DNA of 64,000 bases from a virus (Duplodnaviria; Heunggongvirae; Uroviricota; Caudoviricetes). Position numbers and translations under genes: made by a program. Shown here one piece after another: positions 1 to 8,787 of the stretch. Within the stretch, counting starts at the first letter, position 1; the number at the start of each line of letters is the position of its first letter. Below the pieces are notes generated by a model. The model saw only the letters and a program-made list of their open reading frames with translations. It made no database searches and was not told where the DNA came from. The DNA lies in IMG/VR virus record IMGVR_UViG_2721755721_000001; one strand, 5' to 3'.

Positions 1-849
1 TTAGTCTAAATGTTGAATGTCTTTTAAGAAATCCATGGCGCGGATTCTTGATTGACCATTTATCAGGAAAATATAAGATGATAGTTCTCTTTCTGCAGTG
101 TCATTTTTCATTATTTCGTTTTCATTTTTGCGTAACTTAGTTGACTCTATAGTTTTTATCAGACTATTAATTTTTTCATCAAAACCGATAGGTTTTTTTG
201 TTAATGAAATCTTATTTTTTTCAATAGCGCGACGGATCTTTGCTAGAATTTTGTTGCGGATATTTTCAGGGACATTTTCTGAACTTGAGATAAAGTTATG
301 ATTGCCATTTTTTAATGCTTCATTAATTGCATCATAAGGAGATATATATAAATTACTAGGAGTATTATAGGCTGTTTTGGCGTCACCCAGTGTATTGTTC
401 ACAAAATCTGTGCTCTTAGAAATATAAACTACTCCAACTAGCCCCGAAAAATTCTCCCAGAAAACAGATTCAAGATTCTTGTTGTTTGCATTGACCGCTC
501 TTTTGGCAATGGTCTTTTGTTTATTTAGTTCATTTAAAGTTTTTCTTAGTTCAGAATTTATTGAATTTAATTTTTCTTCTGATTCTTTGTATTGTAAATC
601 AAGTTTGGCAATGCTTCCCTCCAATTCTTTTCGTAAGATTTTATTATTCTCTATAAATTTTTGGGAGTTTTCCATTGCAGTTTTTAATTTATTTAATTCA
701 ACTTCTTTTTTTGCAATTTCTTCTGATAAAAGTTCCTTTTGGTAAATTGGTCTTACTGTATAAAAATATCCAAAAATAGCAAATGCCACCAATACAAACT
801 GTGATACATGGCTAACTCGGCTCAAAAAAACATCAACTTTATTTGACAT
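1..849 (-). CDS. hypothetical protein, 282 aa; N-terminal transmembrane helix, long coiled-coil, C-terminal globular region; AT-rich cargo
   Basis: complete ORF (ATG at 847-849, TAA at 1-3); hydrophobic segment VSQFVLVAFAIFGYFYTV; Lys/Glu/Asn-rich heptad-like stretch; no family recognised. Confidence 0.6.
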   Translation of the reverse strand: MSNKVDVFLSRVSHVSQFVLVAFAIFGYFYTVRPIYQKELLSEEIAKKEVELNKLKTAMENSQKFIENNKILRKELEGSIAKLDLQYKESEEKLNSINSELRKTLNELNKQKTIAKRAVNANNKNLESVFWENFSGLVGVVYISKSTDFVNNTLGDAKTAYNTPSNLYISPYDAINEALKNGNHNFISSSENVPENIRNKILAKIRRAIEKNKISLTKKPIGFDEKINSLIKTIESTKLRKNENEIMKNDTAERELSSYIFLINGQSRIRAMDFLKDIQHLD

Positions 850-1210
850 AACGCCTCTATAAGATTCTCTTTTTATCTACAACATTATAATTTTTTAATG
901 AAAAAAATCATCTAAAAATTAGTTCAAAGCAATACGTTCAAACTGATATTGATGCTTAGGAGCTAATCGGTACGTATTGATGGTACAACAGAAAAGAACA
1001 ATAGAAAGCTTGGGGGCTGACGTTGCTACTGGCGCACATACCCATGTCGTACTAAAAGAGTTCATTTGATTTTATAACTATATCAGCCCGTTATTTTTAT
1101 GTTGATGCGAACAGCCCCGCACGCCTGCCCGCTTCGCTTAACAGACTGGTTTTCATGCACCTCATAAATCGTCTCAGAAGCCACCACACAAGGGCTTTCT
1201 CGTCAAAAAT

Positions 1211-1262
1211 GGTGCATAAGGTTCATGCGTTTTCATGCGCTATAGACATGCACTCATGCGCT
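1211..1262. repeat. cluster of TCATGCG / CATGCAC direct repeats at about 10-bp spacing
   Basis: TCATGCG at 1223, 1233, 1254 and CATGCAC at 1247, between ogr-like gene and the 282-aa gene. Confidence 0.35.
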
Positions 1263-1285
1263 CTCAGGCCAGCCAGGGAAAAGGT

Positions 1286-1311
1286 GTTAAAAATCCCGGT
1301 ACTCGACCGGG
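1286..1311 (-). terminator. putative intrinsic terminator after ogr-like gene
   Basis: hairpin CCCGGTCGAGTACCGGG then ATTTTTAA on minus strand, 23 nt past the ogr stop. Confidence 0.45.
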
Positions 1312-1333
1312 ATTACGTGGGCGTTTTTTCTAA

Positions 1334-1615
1334 TCAGACAGGAATCTGCTGACGGCTTGACAGTTTTGACGCGGAGCCATAGCGATTGAGCGTTTGCTGT
1401 TGTTTTACCGGGGGGTGTGATTTGTCTGGTTCCTGTTCATTGCGCCGGGGTTTCATGATTATCTTATCCACACTCTCCAGTGCCGTAAATGTGCAGGAAC
1501 ATTCCAGATTCTGGCACTGATACCACGAGCGTTTAACTGACGGAGCTTCATAGGCTGCTGTTCTGGCGTGTGCAACTGTACCGCATTCCGGACATTTAAG
1601 TGCCATTAAAATCAC
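1334..1615 (-). CDS. ogr: Ogr/Delta-family zinc-finger late transcription activator
   Basis: motifs CPECG...HART...YQCQNLECSCTF...ESV...KP match P2 Ogr / P4 Delta as recalled; true start may be internal Met at 1606. Confidence 0.8.
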   Translation of the reverse strand: MILMALKCPECGTVAHARTAAYEAPSVKRSWYQCQNLECSCTFTALESVDKIIMKPRRNEQEPDKSHPPVKQQQTLNRYGSASKLSSRQQIPV

Positions 1616-2163
1616 TCCTGTATATCGTTAATGTCATTCAGGCGTTGCTGAAAATGCAGATGTTGTGCCGGGGTGTAAGAGTCCTGGCAATCACGAATCA
1701 TCCCGGGGTCAGGTATCAAACCGGATTCATCCAGGATCTCACGATAATCCCCGGCAATTTCAGGCGGTGTTATTGCCAGCTGGCGAACCAGAGCACTGCG
1801 TAATATACGGGACGCAACGTCAACCCCTCCGCGCCCCTTCAGGAACGGAGCCAGTGCAGATGTCAGGGCTGCCCCATTCGCCTGCATAAAATTGCTGAGA
1901 GCGGCTTCTGTGCAGGCCTCCATCAGTAAATGCTGCGCGTAAATGCATTCGCGCGCAGCACAGTTAATTTGCCATTTCAGCACATCCAGACGTTCCCGCA
2001 GTAATTCGAGCTGTCGGGCATAATCTGCTGGTTTTTCTGTGGCAGCGAGGAGAGATGTTATCTGTTGTTCAACGGCTTTTCGGCTCTCACTATGTCCGGC
2101 CCACAGAATACGGGCATTCCGAAAACTGGTAAGTGCCTGGTCAGGCGTGCCTCGGGCCGTCAT
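1612..2163 (-). CDS. hypothetical helical protein, 183 aa (Psu-like by size/position only)
   Basis: ORF translationally coupled between upstream 247-aa ORF and ogr; no motif recognised. Confidence 0.45.
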   Translation of the reverse strand: MTARGTPDQALTSFRNARILWAGHSESRKAVEQQITSLLAATEKPADYARQLELLRERLDVLKWQINCAARECIYAQHLLMEACTEAALSNFMQANGAALTSALAPFLKGRGGVDVASRILRSALVRQLAITPPEIAGDYREILDESGLIPDPGMIRDCQDSYTPAQHLHFQQRLNDINDIQE

Positions 2164-2903
2164 ACTGCTTTCTCCTTCTCAGCGAGTTCCTGACGAACCT
2201 TAATTTTATGCATAGCTGCCGGAGAGAGTTGATTACTGAAATCCAGACGCGCCGCATAATCCGGGGCAACTCCCGCCAGTTTAAACACCGGGTCCTGCTC
2301 AGGCATCGCATCGTTAGCCAGAGCCGGTCTGGTGATATGTTTATGAATAAAGTCTTTCAGCACTGTGTCCGGGTCATTAACTGAATTCACCACACCCACA
2401 ACGGCACTGGCTTCCCGGCCCATTGTGGATTTAAGCAGGCTCAGCGTCTGAATAAGCGCTTTTCCATGCGACTGCATAAAATCCTCCCAGATTTGTTTTG
2501 CGCGAATATCCACAAGAATGTTATGCGCGTGGATATACTTTCCGGCTAATTCTGCAGCTTTCTGCGGCAAAAGTGCATTTTCGCTTTCCTGAGCCGCCAG
2601 CAGCTCATCAAAATCCTCAAGCGTTTCTCGTCCCAGCGCAATTTCCGTGCGCAGTTTTTTCATTTCCTTTGAGACCACGCCCTGACTTTCACGAAACAGC
2701 GTGCGCCACTCCTCATTCAGTGTGTTCGTCGTGGCTTCCATTTCAGCGCGACGCTGGCGGATTGTCGCAATATTATCCGCTGCCGCTTTCTGCTGACGAC
2801 GTGCTTCAAGCCATGCGTTTCTGGCTGTGTTCATGGTTTCCAGTGCCCGCTGCGTTACAGCCGGAAAAGTGGAAAGGTTGTTATTTACTGCGGTATTGTT
2901 CAT
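2160..2903 (-). CDS. hypothetical coiled-coil protein, 247 aa (Sid-like by size/position only)
   Basis: ORF downstream of iteron/promoter region and primase; predicted helical/coiled-coil; no motif recognised. Confidence 0.45.
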   Translation of the reverse strand: MNNTAVNNNLSTFPAVTQRALETMNTARNAWLEARRQQKAAADNIATIRQRRAEMEATTNTLNEEWRTLFRESQGVVSKEMKKLRTEIALGRETLEDFDELLAAQESENALLPQKAAELAGKYIHAHNILVDIRAKQIWEDFMQSHGKALIQTLSLLKSTMGREASAVVGVVNSVNDPDTVLKDFIHKHITRPALANDAMPEQDPVFKLAGVAPDYAARLDFSNQLSPAAMHKIKVRQELAEKEKAV

Positions 2904-2941
2904 GACTTCTCCTGTCGGGTTGGTTCGTTACGTCAATTGTG

Positions 2942-3269
2942 TCGTGGCTGACACAAGCACACTATCGGTGCTCAGTGTGTGGTGGCTGGCACAACGGGCG
3001 CTTGCGGTTATTCAGACGTGGCTATGAAAGCCAGCCAGATAAAAATGCCCTCTGTTTCAGTCTGCTTTATGTCCCTGATGCGGTGGAACAGGTGAAACAT
3101 GTGTTACAGCTTTGTTTTATAAGGCATTTATATACACTGCACCGGTGGAACATCGCGGGTAACAAGGTGAAACAGCGGATTGGCTGGCGTTACATCTGTT
3201 CCACCTCACTATTTCAGAAGGTGGAACAGGTTCAGCCCTGTAAAATACGGTTGTTCCACCTGTTTCACC
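2942..3269. repeat. iteron cluster resembling P4 ori/crr-type repeats
   Basis: GGTGGAACAGGTGAAACA at 3083-3100; GGTGGAACA at 3144 and 3220; GGTGAAACA at 3166; inverted copies TGTTCCACC at 3197 and 3252 and TGTTTCACC at 3261; GTGGCTGNCACAA at 2942 and 2981. Confidence 0.55.
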
Positions 3270-3303
3270 TGTTACCCTTAATAAATAAGACTCACGCAAA
3301 GCC

Positions 3304-5976
3304 TTAACCCGGCACCTCGCTGTTGAAGACATAGAGCCTGCGGGGATTCATCTCTGGCGGGCGAATGGTTGTCTGGAGTTTGCCATCAGTGGAGGGCAGC
3401 AGGTATCCACGATCTGCGCACAGACGCGCCACCTTGCGCGGGTCAAATCCCCTGCAGATTTCTTTCCAGCCGGACGGCATGACATAGAACGTAGTGACAG
3501 CTTCCGTGCCCTGCGCGGTACTGCCTTTCTCCACCCTTCGCCAGCCCACCATATTGCCGGGGCGGTTGCGCTCGTCATACCAGTCTGCAAAGCGGCTGTA
3601 CTGATTCGCGGTAAAGAAACTGCGAACCTGCTCCAGTGCGGCGATATCTTCCTGATTGGCGGTGTGCCCGCGATCTTTCAGCCATGCGTTCAGGCAGACG
3701 CGGGTTGCCCGCAGTGCTTCACCCTCAGGCCAGCCGGTGATACCCAGACGGGTTGCCAGTTCACCTGCCATCGCCACCAGTGCAAAGCGGTTCACAGCCC
3801 GGCCCACCTGATTGCCTGCATCTTTCGGAGTCAGGGCGGCAGCATATTCCTTCATCAGCGATTTTGCCTGTGCCGTTAGTCCGTTAAGATCAGCGGTCAG
3901 TGCTTTCAGCCACTCCCGGAACGGCGAACCGTAGTAGCAGGACGTGGCCCATTCAAGATGCTCTGCCAGAGCCTTGCCGCTGTCGAAGCCGTGCAGCTCC
4001 TCAAAAACGCCAAACTTCCCGGAATCGCTGGGGATCTGGATCATCCTGACTTCCATCCCGGCAAAAGTACGCTCACCGGCCTTTGCCGCATGTTCGGTCA
4101 GAGACAATTCGCCAGTTGAAAAGAACAACAGGCGCCACTGCTTACGGGTACGCAGCTCACCGTCCGTACCGGCACGGCCCTTGCCCTGACCGTTTGCCAG
4201 CATGTAGGCGATATTGCCTGCCTCGCGTCCGTCAACTTCCCGGATCTCATCAAGCATCATGGCGGCATCGTTGCGGCGGCTGGCGCATCCCTCCAGTGCG
4301 TTGCCGGTGGCCCGCCATGTCTGCCAGTAGTCAGGCCCGCCGCAGACGGAGGTTGCTGCTTTCATGGTGGTGGTCTTACCGTCTGTCGATTCCCCTTTGA
4401 GGTGGTAGCCGCCGCCGTCCATACCAACCAGCCGTAACAGTGGTGCAGCAAAGGCCAGGCTGACAGCAAATGCCACGCGGGAGTTGCCGGTACAGTAGCG
4501 GGATACATGCTCCCGCCATTCCTCTGTTGTGCCCGACACGCGGAAATCACGCCCCTGCACGGAAGTGGTCTGGAGAATGACACCCTCTGCACCTTCACCG
4601 CTGACCTCATCCTGCAGGACGTAAACCTGACCATGCCAGCCAGTACGACTGACGCAGGTCACGCGGCGTTCCGGTTTACACAGTGAGATATATTCCATCA
4701 GGCGTGCGCGTGCCTCACCGGTGGTGCTGATATAAGACAGCCCGTTAACCAGCAGTACCCGGCGCAGTTCCTCACCACTGCCGCTCAGCATTTCCATCGG
4801 CATCGCCCAGCGGCGACACTCACCCCACGTATCTTCCCATTCCAGCAGTCGTCCGAAGTTACCGCCATCGGCATCGCAGGTGATTGCCGTCACGCGCAGC
4901 GGGCTGCATATTTTGACGTTCTGGATCTCCGTCTCACCGTTGCGCTGTACCTGCTTTTCATACCAGAGATATTCCTGGGTAAGACGGAACCCGTGCGGCA
5001 GTTGCGTGCGGCTTTCCCCGCAGAGTACCAGACCGTTGCGAAAGGCTTCACGGGCACGGGTAATACCGTGCTCCCGATGAAAGTCATTCCAGTCAGCCTT
5101 AATCTCTTCTGGTGGCAGCGTCATCCAGCCGCCAACAGCTTTTGCCGCCCGTTCAGCAAAGGCTCTGCCGGGATTCTCACCCCCGTCCTGAAAATCGTTA
5201 TCACCGGCGATGATAATTTTTACCTCAGGCCAGCGTGCCCGCAGCGACTGCGCCACATTGGGCAGGTTGCCCGCAGATATGGCAGCCACTACGCATCCGG
5301 CAGTGAGCTGGCTTACCGTCAGCGCCGTAGCGTAACCTTCGGTAATCACCACCTGTATCGGTGGTTCAGACGGTAACGGGCTGAGCGACACAAACGCGCC
5401 TTTCATCGTGCTGCCGGGCAGTATGCTTTTTTCACCCGTCGGGGCGATAAGCTGTGCACCGGTCACGGCTCCGGTGTTGGTCGTGAGTGGTAACAGCAGG
5501 GAACCGGCAGGAAAATCCTTACCGCTGATATGCTGTACGCTTCCGGTCAGAGAGGCCGGGTATCCGGCGAACCCTTTTCCTGTCAGATAGGCGCTTTCTC
5601 CCGTGTGGCTCTCTTTCATCAGCGCCGCCACGGTAAGACCCATGTCGCGTTTAGGGGCTTTTTGTCTGGCAGGCTTAACAGGCAGTTCCTGCATATCCGG
5701 CACATTAAGCACCTGCGCCACCTCCTGCGCAGCCTTTCTGACGTTGTAACCGGTTACGAGCTTAACCAGATCCAGACCGTCACCATTGCCACACTGGCTG
5801 CAGATCCACGTCCCGCGCCCGTCAAGGTCATCAAGGCGAAAACGATCCTTGCCCCCACATTTCGGGCAGGGACCGTGCCTGCCGTTTTCAGGTACATCAA
5901 TACGCAGCATCTGCAGAATAACGGGCCATTTCCCCCGTGCGGCGGCTGAAACCTGCGTAACCGTCTGTATTGTCAT
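3304..5976 (-). CDS. DNA primase/helicase, P4 alpha-like
   Basis: 890 aa; N-terminal zinc motif CPKCGG...CSQCG; acidic primase-like cluster IIIAGDNDFQDGGENPG; P-loop GESTDGKTT in C-terminal half. Confidence 0.85.
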   Translation of the reverse strand: MTIQTVTQVSAAARGKWPVILQMLRIDVPENGRHGPCPKCGGKDRFRLDDLDGRGTWICSQCGNGDGLDLVKLVTGYNVRKAAQEVAQVLNVPDMQELPVKPARQKAPKRDMGLTVAALMKESHTGESAYLTGKGFAGYPASLTGSVQHISGKDFPAGSLLLPLTTNTGAVTGAQLIAPTGEKSILPGSTMKGAFVSLSPLPSEPPIQVVITEGYATALTVSQLTAGCVVAAISAGNLPNVAQSLRARWPEVKIIIAGDNDFQDGGENPGRAFAERAAKAVGGWMTLPPEEIKADWNDFHREHGITRAREAFRNGLVLCGESRTQLPHGFRLTQEYLWYEKQVQRNGETEIQNVKICSPLRVTAITCDADGGNFGRLLEWEDTWGECRRWAMPMEMLSGSGEELRRVLLVNGLSYISTTGEARARLMEYISLCKPERRVTCVSRTGWHGQVYVLQDEVSGEGAEGVILQTTSVQGRDFRVSGTTEEWREHVSRYCTGNSRVAFAVSLAFAAPLLRLVGMDGGGYHLKGESTDGKTTTMKAATSVCGGPDYWQTWRATGNALEGCASRRNDAAMMLDEIREVDGREAGNIAYMLANGQGKGRAGTDGELRTRKQWRLLFFSTGELSLTEHAAKAGERTFAGMEVRMIQIPSDSGKFGVFEELHGFDSGKALAEHLEWATSCYYGSPFREWLKALTADLNGLTAQAKSLMKEYAAALTPKDAGNQVGRAVNRFALVAMAGELATRLGITGWPEGEALRATRVCLNAWLKDRGHTANQEDIAALEQVRSFFTANQYSRFADWYDERNRPGNMVGWRRVEKGSTAQGTEAVTTFYVMPSGWKEICRGFDPRKVARLCADRGYLLPSTDGKLQTTIRPPEMNPRRLYVFNSEVPG

Positions 5977-6356
5977 ACTTCCCCCTCATACAACGTCACA
6001 CCGGTACTGCAGAAGTCATCAAATGCCGCCGGAAGCGTGCGGTACATCTCCGCCATCACTTCACAGCCGCGCGCGGTCAGTACCGGCGGCGCGGTCAGCA
6101 GTGACGGCTCCAGCATGTCAGTCAGCAGTGCCAGCGCGGCAGCGGCGCCCTGCACTTCGCCGTACTCGTTAATCAGTACGCACTCGATATGCAGCGCAAT
6201 GGCCATTTCAATACGCTCCACCGTCAGGCTGTGCGGACCATACTGATCACTGCCAGTTTCGTTCAGCATTTTCTGCCGCCATGCTGAAGCAATAGCCCGC
6301 CGGTAAAGCGCGGTGGTCATTTCTACCGGGAAAATGGAAACCTGCGGCTGGTTCAT
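5973..6356 (-). CDS. hypothetical protein, 127 aa
   Basis: ORF overlapping primase start by 4 nt in satellite early operon. Confidence 0.45.
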   Translation of the reverse strand: MNQPQVSIFPVEMTTALYRRAIASAWRQKMLNETGSDQYGPHSLTVERIEMAIALHIECVLINEYGEVQGAAAALALLTDMLEPSLLTAPPVLTARGCEVMAEMYRTLPAAFDDFCSTGVTLYEGEV

Positions 6357-6637
6357 CTGGCACCTCCTTCAATCAGTGCGCAGCTGTGTGCAATATCCGT
6401 CAAATCTGCCAGCAGGTACTCCATCAGCGCGGCGACACCAGGCGCACAGCCTGCGTCCAGTGCTCCGGCCTGAGACGGGTATTCAGAAAAGAGAAGCTGG
6501 AGCATGTCGCAGGCATTTCTTGCGCGGGTCAGCTTTCCGAAACTGTCCTCTGACAACCCATAGGCAAAAGCACCGGTATTGTGTTTTTCAGGCAAAGTGT
6601 GGCCCTGAGCACCGTTGTGCCCGTTTGAAATATTCAT
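6353..6637 (-). CDS. hypothetical protein, 94 aa
   Basis: ORF translationally coupled within the same operon. Confidence 0.4.
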   Translation of the reverse strand: MNISNGHNGAQGHTLPEKHNTGAFAYGLSEDSFGKLTRARNACDMLQLLFSEYPSQAGALDAGCAPGVAALMEYLLADLTDIAHSCALIEGGAR

Positions 6638-6668
6638 CGTGGATTACTCCGTTTTCAGCGGTATTTTG

Positions 6669-7058
6669 TCAGAGAAACTTTGAATAGTGACCGTCGTCAG
6701 GCTCAGCAGAACGCCGTATGCTACGCTCCCGCCAGCGGATAAATAGCACAGACGGATGCAGTGTCAGCGGGCCGGAACCACTACCGCCAGCAGGAGCTGG
6801 TGCAGGCTTCAAGAGCGGTACATCAAACAGGCGCGTATACCGCTGTTCAAACCATGCCAGAGGGCAGGAAGAAAGCTTGTTGTCGCTGTCATGACGTATC
6901 AGCACTTCACAGCTGAATTCAGGATTAACCAGCGCCACAGAGGGCGAGGCTTCTATTAATCGGATAATCGTGACCGTCCAGCCACGTTCATGCTGCCAGC
7001 GTTCGCCGGGGTGCGGATAATTACGCATGTTCACCTCCGCAGGGAATGCGCCCGGCAA
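6669..7058 (-). CDS. hypothetical protein, 129 aa (start uncertain)
   Basis: ORF in satellite early operon; alternative internal start MRNYPHP. Confidence 0.4.
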   Translation of the reverse strand: MPGAFPAEVNMRNYPHPGERWQHERGWTVTIIRLIEASPSVALVNPEFSCEVLIRHDSDNKLSSCPLAWFEQRYTRLFDVPLLKPAPAPAGGSGSGPLTLHPSVLFIRWRERSIRRSAEPDDGHYSKFL

Positions 7059-7251
7059 AGCTCAGTACATAGTCCGGGGCAAGTCTGCGCCGCGCTGATC
7101 GTTCGTTATCTGCGGTGATCCTTAACATCACAGGACGGGCATTGCGTTGACTGCGGTTGATCGCCGCAAATAACCAGGTACACTTCTGTTTAGCCATCTT
7201 CGTTACCTCATATAACGTGCTGGTCAGACGCCTCGGTGCTGCTGCAAACAC
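7021..7251 (-). CDS. hypothetical small basic protein (likely starts at MAKQKC, position 7197)
   Basis: ORF immediately downstream of the palindromic operator region. Confidence 0.35.
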   Translation of the reverse strand: MFAAAPRRLTSTLYEVTKMAKQKCTWLFAAINRSQRNARPVMLRITADNERSARRRLAPDYVLSFAGRIPCGGEHA

Positions 7252-7279
7252 TCCGGGGCGTTGCTATTTTGTTTTTCTG

Positions 7280-7300
7280 TGTGTAATGTGTCATTACACA
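7280..7300. promoter_or_regulatory. perfect 9-3-9 palindrome TGTGTAATG-TGT-CATTACACA, putative operator
   Basis: located 14 bp upstream of the plus-strand RHH-like ORF and upstream of the minus-strand primase operon; ATTACA...TGTAAT half-sites recur at 7308-7326. Confidence 0.5.
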
Positions 7301-7313
7301 TAAATACATTACA

Positions 7314-7508
7314 ATGGGTGTAATTGACGTGTCAACACACAAAAATGAAAGACGTGGGAATCCGCCATTCCAGTTCCGACTTGACCCTGAACTGCGTGAA
7401 CTGATGGAACAAGCACAACAGCAGGATGGCGATGAATCGCTAGCGGCTTGGATCAAGCGCATTCTACGCAAAGAGTTACAAAGCCGAGGTTTAGAACCAA
7501 AGAATTGA
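7314..7508 (+). CDS. putative ribbon-helix-helix DNA-binding protein, 64 aa
   Basis: FQFRLDPELRELMEQA...SLAAWIKRILRKEL fits strand-helix-helix pattern; only plus-strand gene in the module; followed by hairpin GGGGAG-loop-CTCCCC at 7517-7540. Confidence 0.45.
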   Translation: MGVIDVSTHKNERRGNPPFQFRLDPELRELMEQAQQQDGDESLAAWIKRILRKELQSRGLEPKN

Positions 7509-7557
7509 TTAATACGTTGGGGAGGCTTTTTTCTCCCCAGCTTTGTTAATATTGTCA

Positions 7558-7773
7558 TTACACTACTTCCTCCAATCCTGCTGATTGAGCTTTAACCCAC
7601 TGCCTAATTTCTTGTGCATCGTAAACAGATACCCGTTTTGAAATGCGTATAGATTTGGGAAATTCAGGATTGTTCTTTTCCCAGCGCCAGAGAGTAACCG
7701 TACTTATTTGCAAAAAGTCAGCAGTAGCTCGTGGGCGGGCATGTCCAGTGATAGGATAAGTTTTTAATGTCAT
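7558..7773 (-). CDS. alpA: AlpA-family helix-turn-helix regulator
   Basis: 71 aa with AlpA-like pattern (LQISTVTLWRWEKNNPEFP...VYDAQEIRQW). Confidence 0.7.
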   Translation of the reverse strand: MTLKTYPITGHARPRATADFLQISTVTLWRWEKNNPEFPKSIRISKRVSVYDAQEIRQWVKAQSAGLEEVV

Positions 7774-7875
7774 GAAATTACCTGCCGTATTATGTAATGA
7801 ACACGGCAGATACTATGGGGATATCAAAATGCTGTGAAGGTAGTGTAATCAACTCTACCTGTAGATTGTTTCAGT

Positions 7876-8757
7876 CTACCCCTTTTGTTTTAATCCCGCA
7901 TGATTAACCGCTAATCGTAATTTTCTTAAGATTTCTTGTTCATTAGTGATAAATATTGGAGGTAGCTCTCCTAAATGTTTAATTATGGCGTTAGTCCACT
8001 TTTCAGGACTTATCTCTTTTCTTTCACCACGACATTCGCTTGGGTATTTTGCTAATATATATATGGCTGCATTTAATAACCCCTCCCTATTTTTTGCATG
8101 ATGCTCAGCAGTGTTATTTAATCGCTTGGGGATTTTAGGTTCAGATGAAATTCTTTTCGTAAGTAAACTTGGCATAGGAATTCCAGTTTTTACTGATTTC
8201 CATATTAACTCTAAATCTCTTCGCATGATAAGAAGATCTTCAAATGGAATCTTAATTACCTTATTTCCTTCATATGAGGCCGTTGCCATCAAAACATTAT
8301 CTCGTATTTTTACCGGTTTAAGCCTGAATTCATAATCTGGATCTATAGCTAATCCATTTTTTATGTCACTTATCATATCATCGGCGTACCAAATACCACA
8401 GGCAAATCCTATAATTTGAAGCCCATTTTCAAAATGTTCAAAGGAATCATCTTTAAGGTCATACCATATTGTTGAAAATTCCATCTCTAGTGATTGATTA
8501 GTTAATACGGGATGAATTAAGTCAATTTCCATTTTCTGATTTTTATTGAGGAAATTAACATTAAATCTAACTGCAAGTCCATCCGCCTTGAATGCGATAT
8601 TAAAAGCGCCTATTTCGTATAGATGTAATAAATCATCAATCTCGCATTCTAATAGTCTTGAAGCGCGTTCAAATGAACAATATTCTAATGGTGGTATTTT
8701 TTTGTCAATCCATAGATTTCCTAAGAATATAGTTTCATTCTCTGTTGAATGCTGCAT
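7876..8757 (-). CDS. hypothetical protein, 293 aa; AT-rich cargo between int and alpA
   Basis: complete ORF starting 30 bp after the int stop; GC well below flanking genes; no family recognised. Confidence 0.6.
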   Translation of the reverse strand: MQHSTENETIFLGNLWIDKKIPPLEYCSFERASRLLECEIDDLLHLYEIGAFNIAFKADGLAVRFNVNFLNKNQKMEIDLIHPVLTNQSLEMEFSTIWYDLKDDSFEHFENGLQIIGFACGIWYADDMISDIKNGLAIDPDYEFRLKPVKIRDNVLMATASYEGNKVIKIPFEDLLIMRRDLELIWKSVKTGIPMPSLLTKRISSEPKIPKRLNNTAEHHAKNREGLLNAAIYILAKYPSECRGERKEISPEKWTNAIIKHLGELPPIFITNEQEILRKLRLAVNHAGLKQKG

Positions 8758-8787
8758 TATGACCTCTGTTTTAAATTATAAGAGTAT

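Noticed and set aside
1155-1352. 65-aa plus-strand ORF between the cargo gene and ogr
   Set aside because: Overlaps the ogr terminator and the TCATGCG repeat array; no RBS; likely non-coding regulatory DNA
7208-7558. 116-aa minus-strand ORF overlapping the RHH-like gene
   Set aside because: Cys/Ser-rich low-complexity translation overlapping a plus-strand ORF that has a recognisable fold pattern and an upstream operator; judged the less likely of the two, but not excluded
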